Shown here: positions 9,815 to 18,717 of the stretch, one piece after another
How the letters are laid out: each line of letters opens with the position of its first letter
Numbering within the stretch: position 1 is the first letter of the stretch
From: Nitrospinota bacterium
Lineage (GTDB): Bacteria > UBA8248
Direction of reading: 5' to 3'
DNA: 60,613 nucleotides
NCBI GenBank assembly: GCA_026706735.1
Contig: JAPOYD010000087.1
Location: 1-60,613, forward strand
Made by a program: the position numbers and the translations under genes
Notes under the pieces: model-generated
What the model saw: only the letters and a program-made list of their open reading frames with translations
The model's database searches: none
What the model was told of the DNA's origin: nothing

Positions 9815-11229
9815 CAGATTTCGAGTCCTTCAATGACGCGCTCCATCATCATCGAACGCGAACCCTTCACCAATACCCAATCGCCGGAAAGCAACCTGTC
9901 GGACAGTGAGGAAGCCGCCTGCTCCGGCGTGTCGAAATTCAATATCCGGGCGCCATCCATACCCGCGCGGCGCGCCTCATCGGATGCGAGCCTCATCAGA
10001 GGCCCCACGCCCACGAACAGGTCCACACCTCCAGCTGCTATCTTTCGGCCCACTTCCCTGTGCGCGCTCTCGGCGAGCGGCCCCAGTTCCGCCATATCGC
10101 CCAAAACAGATATGAGCCGTCCATCGCCACTGAGAACGCTTGCCGTCTCCAGCGCCTGTGCGACGGACTCAGGATTCGCGTTATAGGAATCATCCAGCAG
10201 GTGGATGTCCCCGCGTCCGGGCATCTCACGCGCCTGCAATCGCATTTTTGGAAGAACAGCCCGCGACAGCCCGTCGGCCATCTCACCCAAACCGACGCCC
10301 AGCGCAGACGCGCAAGCCGCGGCGGCCAGCGCGTTCTGGACGTTATGACGCCCGAGCGCCTCGATTCGAACCTCGCTCTCGCCGTCGGGGCAATGGAGCC
10401 TAAAGCGCGTCCCGTCGGCGTCGACCTGAATCTCATCCGCCCGGAAGTCGCTTTCCCGCGAAAAACCGAAGCGAATCACGCGCTCGCCCCTCGACTCGTA
10501 TCTCTCGGCCAGGACGCGGCTGTGCTCATCCTCGTTCGAGAGCACGGCCACGCCGCCTGGGGGAATGCCTTCCAGTATCTCGCCCTTCGCATCACGCACC
10601 GCCTCCACGCTGCCCAGCCCCTCGATGTGCGCGGGCCCGACGTTCGTGATGACGGCGATCCGGGGCCGGGCGATTTCGGCCAGCCTGCTAATTTCACCGG
10701 CCTCACTCATCCCCATTTCGAATACGGCGCTCGCATGCTCCTCACTCAGCTGGAAAATCTGGTGCGGCAGACCCACCAGGTTGTTTAGGTTCCCTTCGCT
10801 CTTGCACGTCTCGCCTCTTTGGGAGAGTAGCGCCGCTATCATCTCCTTGGTTGTCGTCTTCCCGTTGCTGCCGGTCACTCCAACTACAGGAATCTCAAAA
10901 CGGTTACGGTACGCGCGTGCCAGATCGCCCAACGCCCGCAGCGTGTCCGCAACTTCGACGACGAAAGCCGCATCCCCATCCGGCACATCCGCGCCTTGTT
11001 CCACGACGACGCCCGCCGCTTTTTTCCCCGTCGCCTGGGGCAGGAACCGCGCCCCATCGAAATTGGGACCCTTGAGCGCGATGAACAACTCGCCCGCTTC
11101 CAGCGTGCGCGTATCCGTGCTCACACCCGCGGCGTGAGCCGAGCCGTCCCCGCGGATGAGCCTCCCGTCCACGGCCGCCACGATTTCATTTGCGCTGAAA
11201 ACAGCCGCCATCGATTCCGCTCCTATCAT
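9814..11229 (-). CDS. murF: UDP-MurNAc-tripeptide--D-Ala-D-Ala ligase
   Basis: TGSNGKTTTKE, EMGMS, DSYNANPES, GDMAELG, VKGSR. Confidence 0.96.
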   Translation of the reverse strand: MIGAESMAAVFSANEIVAAVDGRLIRGDGSAHAAGVSTDTRTLEAGELFIALKGPNFDGARFLPQATGKKAAGVVVEQGADVPDGDAAFVVEVADTLRALGDLARAYRNRFEIPVVGVTGSNGKTTTKEMIAALLSQRGETCKSEGNLNNLVGLPHQIFQLSEEHASAVFEMGMSEAGEISRLAEIARPRIAVITNVGPAHIEGLGSVEAVRDAKGEILEGIPPGGVAVLSNEDEHSRVLAERYESRGERVIRFGFSRESDFRADEIQVDADGTRFRLHCPDGESEVRIEALGRHNVQNALAAAACASALGVGLGEMADGLSRAVLPKMRLQAREMPGRGDIHLLDDSYNANPESVAQALETASVLSGDGRLISVLGDMAELGPLAESAHREVGRKIAAGGVDLFVGVGPLMRLASDEARRAGMDGARILNFDTPEQAASSLSDRLLSGDWVLVKGSRSMMMERVIEGLEI

Positions 11230-12722
11230 TTCTCATATCCCGCGAGGCGCAGCGCCGTGCGGGCCTCTTCGCGATCGTCGAACGCGGTGCGCTCGGTGCC
11301 CAGAATCTGATAGGTCTCGTGCCCCTTGCCCGCGATGATCACGGCGTCTCCCTCGCGCGCTTCGGCGACGATGGCCCGAATCGCCTCGCGCCTGTCCAGA
11401 ATGCTGCGCCAGCGCCCATCGCTCGCGGGCACGAGAGCGGCGCCGGATTCGACTTCTCTCAGGATCGACGCAGGATCTTCGGTTCGCGGGTTGTCCGACG
11501 TCATCACCACGTAATCGCTCGCCCGCAAAGCGGCGGCGGCCATGAGGGGACGCTTTTTTCTGTCCCTGTCGCCCCCGCAGCCCATGAGGGTGAGAATCCG
11601 CTTTTCCGTGACGGGGCGGGCGAACTCCAGCACGCGGGCGAGGGCGTCCTCGGTGTGCGCGTAATCCACCACCACCAGGAAGGGCTGGCCCATGTCGACC
11701 TTCTCGAAGCGCCCGGGTATGTTCTTCAAAGACGCGACCCCCGCCGCCACTTCTTCGGGCGTCAAGCCTTGTGAGAGACACGCCGCCGATGCGGCCAGTA
11801 TGTTGCTCAGGTTGTGGCGGCCGATGAGCGCCGTTTCGACCCTCAACCCTCCGGCGGGCGTGAACATCCGGAATTCCATTCCGGCAGATGAGTTCGAGAG
11901 GTTCTCCACGCCGAGGTCCGCCCTGGCGTCCAGAGCATACGTCCAGACTTGTCCCGTCGCTTCCGCAGCGATTCTCCGCCCGTAGGCGTCATCGGCGTTG
12001 ACGATGGCGTTTGCGGGCGAAAACTCTTTGAACAGCTTCAGTTTCGCCTGAAAATAAGATTCCATGTCGCCATGAAAATCGAGATGGTCCTGCGTGAGAT
12101 TGCTGAAAACCGCCGCCTGAAACTCACAGCCGCACAACCTGTCCAGAGCCAGTCCGTGGCTTGACACTTCCATCACCGCATGAGAGGCGCCGGCGTCCGC
12201 CATGCGGCGCAGATACCGCTGCAGGTCGGGGCCTTCCGAAGTGGTGCGCGGCTCCTCGAAAACCTCATCGCCCACGCGGTAATGGATCGTCCCCATCAAG
12301 CCGGTGCGTCTGCCCGCAGATCGGAGAATCGCGTCGATGAGAAACGCGGTGGTCGTCTTTCCGTTCGTGCCCGTGACGCCGATGAGCGCCAACTCTCCGG
12401 AGGGATGCCCGTAGAACGCATCGCCGAGGCGGGATAATGCCTCGCGGCCGGATAGCGCGACGAACTGAGGCACCTCAGGAGAGACCCCCTCTATTTTTCT
12501 CTCCACGACGAGTGCGGCCGCGCCCCCGTCTACCGCGTCCTTGGCGAAATCGTGCCCATCCGCCTGGAAACCCGCGACCGCGACGAAGACGTCGCCTGAG
12601 CGGACGAGGCGCGAATCGTATGCCACGCCGGTGATTTGCGCGGAAAAATCTCCCGCGGCTCTCTCACCGGGCACGGCCTGTGTCAATTCCTCGAATGAGG
12701 CGCTTTTCTCATTCACAACCAT
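11226..12722 (-). CDS. murE: UDP-MurNAc-dipeptide--meso-DAP ligase
   Basis: TGTNGKTT, MEVSSH, DHLDFH, DYAHT, GCGGDRD, DNPR (meso-DAP-type motif), GKGHE; start approximate. Confidence 0.96.
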   Translation of the reverse strand: MVVNEKSASFEELTQAVPGERAAGDFSAQITGVAYDSRLVRSGDVFVAVAGFQADGHDFAKDAVDGGAAALVVERKIEGVSPEVPQFVALSGREALSRLGDAFYGHPSGELALIGVTGTNGKTTTAFLIDAILRSAGRRTGLMGTIHYRVGDEVFEEPRTTSEGPDLQRYLRRMADAGASHAVMEVSSHGLALDRLCGCEFQAAVFSNLTQDHLDFHGDMESYFQAKLKLFKEFSPANAIVNADDAYGRRIAAEATGQVWTYALDARADLGVENLSNSSAGMEFRMFTPAGGLRVETALIGRHNLSNILAASAACLSQGLTPEEVAAGVASLKNIPGRFEKVDMGQPFLVVVDYAHTEDALARVLEFARPVTEKRILTLMGCGGDRDRKKRPLMAAAALRASDYVVMTSDNPRTEDPASILREVESGAALVPASDGRWRSILDRREAIRAIVAEAREGDAVIIAGKGHETYQILGTERTAFDDREEARTALRLAGYEK

Positions 12723-12730
12723 CACCCCGC

Positions 12731-14584
12731 TCAACGCGTCGCATCCCATGAAGCCGCCTGCGCCCGGTCGCCATGCAAATAGCGGCGCACCTCTCTTGCG
12801 GCGTTCAAAATCTTCTCGCCTATCGTTCGATCCCCGTTCTCCGGATCAGCCCCAACGCGAACCCGAGGGCGCGAATCCGCCACCTGCAGGACCCTGGCTC
12901 CTTGCGGAGGTACGCGCATGTAGCGCAGCGCCTGCCAGGCGATTCGCCGCCAAACCGGCGCCGCGACCGTGCCCCCCCACGCGCCTCCGGGCGCCTTGCC
13001 CTCATCGAAGATGACGATGAGGGCGAAACGGGGGTTTTCGTATGGAGCGAAACCCACGAACGACATGATGAATTTCGATCGGCTGTACCCCCTCCGGCCC
13101 GGGAGAGCCTTCTGCGCCGTGCCCGTTTTGCCAGCGGCGCTGTAACCCGGAATCTCGGCCTTCCTGCCCGTACCCTCCGCCACGACCTTCCGCATCAAGG
13201 CGCCGAGACGCTTCGCCACGGGACGAGAGAGAACGCGCCTCAACTCCGGCGTTTGGGCCGGGAGCGTCTTCTTGCCGTCGCGTTCGATGGCATCGTGCAG
13301 AACGGGCCTGGGCATCAGGCCGTCGTTCGCCACCGCGGCTACGGCCATCACCATCTGAAGCGGGGTGACGCCCACTTCCTGCCCGATAGCTACCGCCGCC
13401 AATGAGGTTTTCGACCATTTCTCAGGCGAGCGAAGCACGCCCCTGGCTTCTCCGGGGAAACTGATCCTCGTCTTGCGTCCAAAGCCGAAACGGTGCGCCA
13501 TGAAGTAGAGCTGGTGCTCGCCGATGTCGCTCGCCATCTTGAAAGCGCCGATGTTCGATGATTTCGCGATCACCTCCTCGGCGGTGAGCCAGCCGTATCC
13601 TTTATGATCCCGCAGGGTGTAGCGCCCTCCTCCAAACTTGTAGGTACCGTTTTCGGCAAAATACTTCTTCGAGAGCGACTCGCCCGCGTCGAGATAGGCC
13701 GCCGCCGTCACGATCTTGAACGTCGAGCCGGGTTCGTAGAATTCCTGGATGGCGGGCTCTTTCCAGAGGGATGCGCCGTAGAGTTCATACGTATTGGAAT
13801 TGAACCCCGGCACGGACGCCAGGGCGAGGATTCTGCCGCTGTCGGGTTCGACCATCACCCCGATGGCGCGCCGCGCGCCCACCCGGCGGACCTGGGCGCC
13901 CAACTCTTTTTCGACGATGTACTGGAGCACCTCATCGATGGTGAGGCGAACGTCCGCGCCCGGACGCGCCGGCACGAGCACCCGCGATTCGGGATGTACC
14001 GACCTCCCCTTCGCATCGCGCTGTATACGGATGCGGCCTTCACGCCCCCCCATGTGCTCCTGGTAGGATTGCTCCACGCCGTACATGCCCGCATCATCCA
14101 CGCCGACGAAGCCGACCAGCGATGATGCAAGTTCGCGCTTGGGATAGAAACGCCTGCTTTCGGTAACGAAGCCCAGGCCGTCGATCCCCAGTTTTTCGAT
14201 TTTTCTTTGTTGATCGGGGTTGATCTTCCGCTTGAGCCATACATACCTTTGGCGGCCGTTTAATTTCTCGAAATAATCTTCCGCCGAGCCGCCCAGAATT
14301 TCCTTGAGCGCCAGCGAGGTTTTCCCGGGGTCGGCCACTACCCTGGCGTTGGCGAAAAGGGAGGGCGCGTTGATGCTCACCGCCAGAGGCCGGTCCCTCG
14401 CGTCCACGACGTCTCCGCGCCTGGCGCGCACCACGAGCGTCTGGCGCAACTGGCGCTCCGCATAGGCTACGAGGTGATCCCGGTCACGGATCTGGATGAT
14501 GAAGAGCTTGACGCCCAACATGCAGAATCCAAAAATCACCAAGGAGCCGCAAACCATCAAACGACGAGAGAAGCCCTGCTTCAT
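12731..14584 (-). CDS. ftsI: Class B penicillin-binding protein FtsI/PBP3
   Basis: N-terminal TM, RG...DAR, RFYP, EPGSTFK (SxxK), SSN (SxN), KTGTAQ (KTG). Confidence 0.95.
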   Translation of the reverse strand: MKQGFSRRLMVCGSLVIFGFCMLGVKLFIIQIRDRDHLVAYAERQLRQTLVVRARRGDVVDARDRPLAVSINAPSLFANARVVADPGKTSLALKEILGGSAEDYFEKLNGRQRYVWLKRKINPDQQRKIEKLGIDGLGFVTESRRFYPKRELASSLVGFVGVDDAGMYGVEQSYQEHMGGREGRIRIQRDAKGRSVHPESRVLVPARPGADVRLTIDEVLQYIVEKELGAQVRRVGARRAIGVMVEPDSGRILALASVPGFNSNTYELYGASLWKEPAIQEFYEPGSTFKIVTAAAYLDAGESLSKKYFAENGTYKFGGGRYTLRDHKGYGWLTAEEVIAKSSNIGAFKMASDIGEHQLYFMAHRFGFGRKTRISFPGEARGVLRSPEKWSKTSLAAVAIGQEVGVTPLQMVMAVAAVANDGLMPRPVLHDAIERDGKKTLPAQTPELRRVLSRPVAKRLGALMRKVVAEGTGRKAEIPGYSAAGKTGTAQKALPGRRGYSRSKFIMSFVGFAPYENPRFALIVIFDEGKAPGGAWGGTVAAPVWRRIAWQALRYMRVPPQGARVLQVADSRPRVRVGADPENGDRTIGEKILNAAREVRRYLHGDRAQAASWDATR

Positions 14585-14621
14585 GGGCCAACCTGCTATG
14601 GGCGGTGGGAGGAAGGTACGG

Positions 14622-14984
14622 TTACTCTACACTTCTAGGCCCTACTTTTACATACACGATTTGTCCGGGTTCCGGAAAAACCATTTCCATTTTTTTTCGC
14701 GCAATCGACTCGATGCGATCCAACTGCCGAAGCGCGGCCACTTCGATTCGCAAGACGCGCCTGTCTTGCAAGAGCTTCGCCCTCTGCCGCTCCAGATGGG
14801 CCAGGCGATATCCGATCTTCACCATTTCCAGGTGCGGCCATACCAAAGCGGCGGCGCTGCACGCGATGAAAGTGATGCAAAGGCCGGCCTTGAACAACGA
14901 AACGCCCGAACCGACAGACGACGCGCCGGAAAACCGAGCGCCGAACCTCTCTCGCCATCCGCTCCGGGTTTTCGAGCGCTTCAT
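14622..14984 (-). CDS. ftsL: Cell division protein FtsL
   Basis: Small protein with one TM segment, a leucine-zipper coiled coil and RIESIARKKMEM..P; lies between rsmH and ftsI. Confidence 0.85.
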   Translation of the reverse strand: MKRSKTRSGWRERFGARFSGASSVGSGVSLFKAGLCITFIACSAAALVWPHLEMVKIGYRLAHLERQRAKLLQDRRVLRIEVAALRQLDRIESIARKKMEMVFPEPGQIVYVKVGPRSVE

Positions 14985-15910
14985 CCTCCAGGCTCCCCGA
15001 GGCGCTCAGCGGCGCGCAGTTTCGCGCTGCGGCTGCGCGGGTTTTGCCTCACCTCCGACTCTTCGGGCCGAACGACTCGGCGGGTCAGGATCTCGAGGGC
15101 CGGCTCCTCGCCGCCTGCGAGTTCGCGAAAGAGATTCTTGACGATTCTGTCTTCCAGCGAGTGAAAGCTGATGACGACGATTCGCCCGCCCGGGCGCAGG
15201 AGGTCCACCGCATCGCGCAAGGAATCCTCAAGGGTCTCCAACTCGCGGTTCACGGCGATCCGCAGCGCCTGGAACGTCCGGGTCGCGGGGTGAATGCGCC
15301 AACTCCTCCCGCGGCGGCCGCTCCTTCTGGCGGCGACCGAGGCGATGAGCGCCGCGAGCTCATCGCAACGCTTCACGCCTCTACCCGCACCCGCGCGCGC
15401 CCGTCCGATGGCGCGCGCGATGGCGCGGGAGTGGCGTTCTTCCCCGTATCGATAGATGAGATCGGCGAGTTCTTCTTCCGGCAACTGCTCGATCAAATCG
15501 GCCGCGGTCGGCCCCTGCGTCTGGTCCATTCGCATGTCCAGAGGCTCGGGCGCGCTTATGCGGAATCCGCGGCCGGGCGTGTCGAGCTGCATCGAGGAAA
15601 GGCCGAGGTCGAACAAAACGCCGTCGACCGACTCATACCCCTCGACCCTCACGATGCGCTTCATTTCGCCATGATGCGCACGATGAATCCTGGCGGCGTC
15701 CCCATACTTCGCCAGCCGCTTCCTGCAGATTTCTACGGCATCCCGGTCCCGGTCACAGCCGATCAGCACACCCGATGGCTGAACCGCATCCAAAACCGCG
15801 CCGCTGTGTTCCCCTCCGCCCAAGGTAGTATCTAAGAACACAGCGCCCGGAGATGGCGCCAGGAAGCGCAAGACCTCCTGAACCATGACCGGGACGTGAG
15901 ATGCCGTCAT
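14981..15910 (-). CDS. rsmH: 16S rRNA m4C1402 methyltransferase
   Basis: HVPVM, DTTLGGGEHS, DLGLSSMQLD, PLDMRMD, HPATRTFQALRIAVN, FHSLEDR, NPRSRSAKLR; ATG 15910 follows GAGGAC (ORF extends to 15985). Confidence 0.96.
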   Translation of the reverse strand: MTASHVPVMVQEVLRFLAPSPGAVFLDTTLGGGEHSGAVLDAVQPSGVLIGCDRDRDAVEICRKRLAKYGDAARIHRAHHGEMKRIVRVEGYESVDGVLFDLGLSSMQLDTPGRGFRISAPEPLDMRMDQTQGPTAADLIEQLPEEELADLIYRYGEERHSRAIARAIGRARAGAGRGVKRCDELAALIASVAARRSGRRGRSWRIHPATRTFQALRIAVNRELETLEDSLRDAVDLLRPGGRIVVISFHSLEDRIVKNLFRELAGGEEPALEILTRRVVRPEESEVRQNPRSRSAKLRAAERLGEPGG

Positions 15911-16009
15911 GTCCTCGTTCTCACCGCTTAAATGTTCCTCTGCGGCGCATTCGCTTGAAATGGATTTTTCCAGTGCGGCAAACACCTCCGCTCCCCCCTT
16001 GAGCCCGCA

Positions 16010-16468
16010 TCAGAATTCGAATTCGATCAAATCTTCAGCAGACTCCTCATCGGCGGTTCCGGATTCTCCATCCTCCACATCACCCATTTCCTCATTCCAT
16101 TTCGCCTTGTCCCAAATCTCCAGCCTGTTTTCGATGCCCGCGATAACGGCGTCCTTCTCGATCGAAGAATTCGAGCGCAATTTTGCGGGCAAGAGGATCC
16201 TGCCCTGCCGATCGAACTCGCACGATTCGGCGCGGCCATAGAGTCTTCGGAGCGTGCGGCGAACTTCTTTCGACGAGGTCGAGAGTTCCTCAAGTTTCTC
16301 GCTGAACTTGCGTTTCCATTCCTGTACGGGATAGACGAATATGCAGCCATCCTTGCCGATGAGAATGACCTGGTCGCCGTAAGTGGCGCTCAGATGCTCC
16401 CTGAACCGCGCCGGAATACTGACGCGGCCTTTCGCATCCACCGAAACCGGATGGGCGCTGATGAGCAT
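16010..16468 (-). CDS. mraZ: Transcriptional regulator MraZ
   Basis: Two SpoVT-AbrB motifs, DAKGRVSIP and DRQGRILLP, plus LEIWD; first gene of dcw. Confidence 0.94.
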   Translation of the reverse strand: MLISAHPVSVDAKGRVSIPARFREHLSATYGDQVILIGKDGCIFVYPVQEWKRKFSEKLEELSTSSKEVRRTLRRLYGRAESCEFDRQGRILLPAKLRSNSSIEKDAVIAGIENRLEIWDKAKWNEEMGDVEDGESGTADEESAEDLIEFEF

Positions 16469-16480
16469 CTTTCCTGCACC

Positions 16481-16510
16481 TCCCACTTTATCCCATATTT
16501 TCCCACTTAA
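16481..16510 (-). promoter_or_regulatory. MraZ operator (three direct repeats at 10-bp spacing)
   Basis: Minus strand reads ttaaGTGGGAaaatATGGGAtaaaGTGGGA, matching the TGGG/GTGG 10-bp-periodic boxes known for MraZ in E. coli and B. subtilis. Confidence 0.85.
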
Positions 16511-16517
16511 TTTTACA

Positions 16518-16546
16518 TTTATACCGCCGGATGAAATACCTGTCAA
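16518..16546 (-). promoter_or_regulatory. Sigma70 promoter of dcw operon
   Basis: TTGACA (16546-16541), 17 bp, TATAAA (16523-16518), with an AT-rich upstream region. Confidence 0.8.
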
Positions 16547-16763
16547 GGTGATAATTTCAAAAAGTTAGAAAAAACAATGATTTCTACAAATAAAAACCAA
16601 GAAAAATATTATATTTTTTTCGTTTATTTCAGGCAAATAATATAATGTAAAACTTTAATAAATTTGTTTAATTTATTGAAGTTAAACTTAAACTAAAAAT
16701 AAGGTGGGGAAAAGTGGGGGGTATGTATATGAAGAACGGAAAAAACAGAAAAAAAATCTTTTT

Positions 16764-17480
16764 CTATGCAGAAAAAAGAACGAGCGTCATGGTCTCGACG
16801 ATTTCACTCGCGGCGCCGGGCGCATCTCCCACCTCTTTGTCCGAATTGCCGAGAAAGCGCTTCAGGCACCATGTGACGCATAAGGCCACGATGGCCAGGA
16901 AAAGTCCCCAGAACCATCCCAGGAGGAAACAGAGCAAAAATGACCAGCCCAGCGCGATGTATCCTTCTCGCGGACTGGATGGTCGAGCGAATTCCCGACT
17001 TTCGGCCTCTACCGCTTTCATTGATGGCGGCGACGCGATGAGGTAGGCCATCGCCGCTCGGGCGAGAACGGGCGAGACCAGGAGCGCGATGTAGCGATCA
17101 TATCCGTGGAGTTCACTCAAAGCGATGAATTTGAGCAGAAGCGCGCCGATAATGAGCAGGACGCCCATGGAACCGAGGGGACCTTCTTTTGCGTGATTTC
17201 CAAATCCAAGCGCTTCCGCGAAATCCGACAATCCACTGAGTGAAACACCTCGGGTCAACACGATGAGTGTGATGATGAGCAGGACACTTCGCACCGGAAC
17301 GGAAAAAACGCTCGCAAGCGCCCAGTCCAAGGCGATGAGAATCGCCCCGATAAGCAGCCCGACGAAGGGAAATCGCGCGACGGCGCGCGCCATGTCGTCC
17401 ACCTCCGGTTCGCGAGGCGCGCCCGGCCAGGGCAAAACCGTCAAAAACCTTACGGCCTGCGCCAGCGCCTTCATGATCAT
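16764..17480 (-). CDS. cobS: CobS-like (adenosylcobinamide-GDP ribazoletransferase family) membrane protein, divergent
   Basis: AVRFLTVLP, FPFVGLLIG, C-terminal GDAPGAASEIVE and a multi-TM pattern typical of CobS; conserved motifs are degenerate. Confidence 0.7.
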   Translation of the reverse strand: MIMKALAQAVRFLTVLPWPGAPREPEVDDMARAVARFPFVGLLIGAILIALDWALASVFSVPVRSVLLIITLIVLTRGVSLSGLSDFAEALGFGNHAKEGPLGSMGVLLIIGALLLKFIALSELHGYDRYIALLVSPVLARAAMAYLIASPPSMKAVEAESREFARPSSPREGYIALGWSFLLCFLLGWFWGLFLAIVALCVTWCLKRFLGNSDKEVGDAPGAASEIVETMTLVLFSA

Positions 17481-17630
17481 CCCTCCCCGCCGTGCGTCTT
17501 CTCAGGGTCCCGGGGCTTTGATCCGCCCCTGTGTGTTCAGGAAACGCGTTTTACCCACGGTTCGCAACCCGCCTCACCCGAAAGCTTCAAGGCGCGCCTG
17601 CGAATCGCATGAGAGAAACTCTGGCTGGTG

Positions 17631-17678
17631 AAAAACAAAAGAGAAGGCGGCACTCCCCCTTCGGGAGTCCGCCCTCTG
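17631..17678 (-). terminator. Intrinsic terminator after panB
   Basis: Minus strand AGAGGGCGGACTCCC-loop-GGGAGTGCCGCCTTCT followed by CTTTTGTTTTT. Confidence 0.75.
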
Positions 17679-17710
17679 ATTAAAACATCGTATCTACTCG
17701 CCGGGAAAAA

Positions 17711-18583
17711 TCAGAAACAATGCTCTTCCGCGGGAAACGCGCCCTCTCGCACCTCCCGGCAGTAGCTGTCTATCGCCTCGGTGGTCATATGCCCGACATC
17801 GGCGTACCTCTTCACGAATTTTGGCGTGAAGTCGCGGAACAGACCCAGCATGTCGTGGGTGACGAGCACCTGGCCGTCGCAATCGGGACCCGCGCCGATG
17901 CCGATGGTGGGAATGTCGATCTCACGCGTCACGCGCGCCCCCAGGGCCGCCGGGATGCCCTCGAGTACGAGAGAAAACGCGCCGCCCTCCTGCACGGCCA
18001 CCGCGTCGCGCAGCACCTGATCCGCCCCTTCATCGGTTTTCCCCTGCACCTTGAAGCCGCCGAACGCATGGACGCTCTGGGGGGTGAGGCCCACGTGACC
18101 CATGACGGGAATCTGGCCCTCCACCACCGCGCGTATCTCGTCCTTGACGCGGACGCCGCCTTCGAGCTTCACCGCCTCGGCGCAGCCCTCCTGGATGAGA
18201 CGGCCCGCGTTCAGGATTGTGTCGCGCGCGCTGACCCCGAAGGTCAGGAACGGCATATCGGCCACGAGCAGTGCCTTGGGCTTGGCGCGGCTCACCGCCC
18301 GGGTGTGGTGCACCATGTCGTCGAGCGTCACCTTCGTCGTGTCGGGATACCCCAGAACCACCATCCCCAGGCTGTCGCCGACCAGGATGACGTCCACGCC
18401 GGCGCCATCCACGAGCTTCGCCGTGGGGTAGTCGTACGCAGTGACGGAGGTGATCTTCTTCCCGCCCTTGCGCGCCAGGATAATGGAGGTGGTAATTTTC
18501 TTGCGCGCTTTCTTAGGCGCGCCGTTTCCGTTGGTGGAATTTTTACCGTTTGAATGCTGCTTGGCGAGGCTTTTTGTGCTCAT
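17711..18583 (-). CDS. panB: 3-methyl-2-oxobutanoate hydroxymethyltransferase
   Basis: TAYDY, LVGDSLGMV, ADMPF, VKLEGG, GHVGLTPQ, IGIGAG, DGQVLV; ATG 18583 after GAGGGAG. Confidence 0.97.
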   Translation of the reverse strand: MSTKSLAKQHSNGKNSTNGNGAPKKARKKITTSIILARKGGKKITSVTAYDYPTAKLVDGAGVDVILVGDSLGMVVLGYPDTTKVTLDDMVHHTRAVSRAKPKALLVADMPFLTFGVSARDTILNAGRLIQEGCAEAVKLEGGVRVKDEIRAVVEGQIPVMGHVGLTPQSVHAFGGFKVQGKTDEGADQVLRDAVAVQEGGAFSLVLEGIPAALGARVTREIDIPTIGIGAGPDCDGQVLVTHDMLGLFRDFTPKFVKRYADVGHMTTEAIDSYCREVREGAFPAEEHCF

Positions 18584-18688
18584 GGTCGCTCCCTCTCTGG
18601 GTGAACGCCTGCTGCAAGGCCAGTTTTGAGATGCTTCCGTTTTCCCCATAACGTGTCCAGGGCCAGCGGCTCCCGGCACGGATTGCAA

Positions 18689-18717
18689 AGGTTATGAATT
18701 CCCTCCCTCGATGTCAA
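18689..18717 (-). promoter_or_regulatory. Internal sigma70 promoter for panB (inside panE 3' end)
   Basis: TTGACA (18717-18712), 17 bp, TAACCT (18694-18689). Confidence 0.6.

Noticed and set aside
17481-17630. 6S-like rod or cobalamin riboswitch upstream of the cobS-like gene
   Set aside because: The possible pairing spans only about 85 nt, far short of 6S RNA, lacks zapA/ygfA context, and shows no B12-box motifs.
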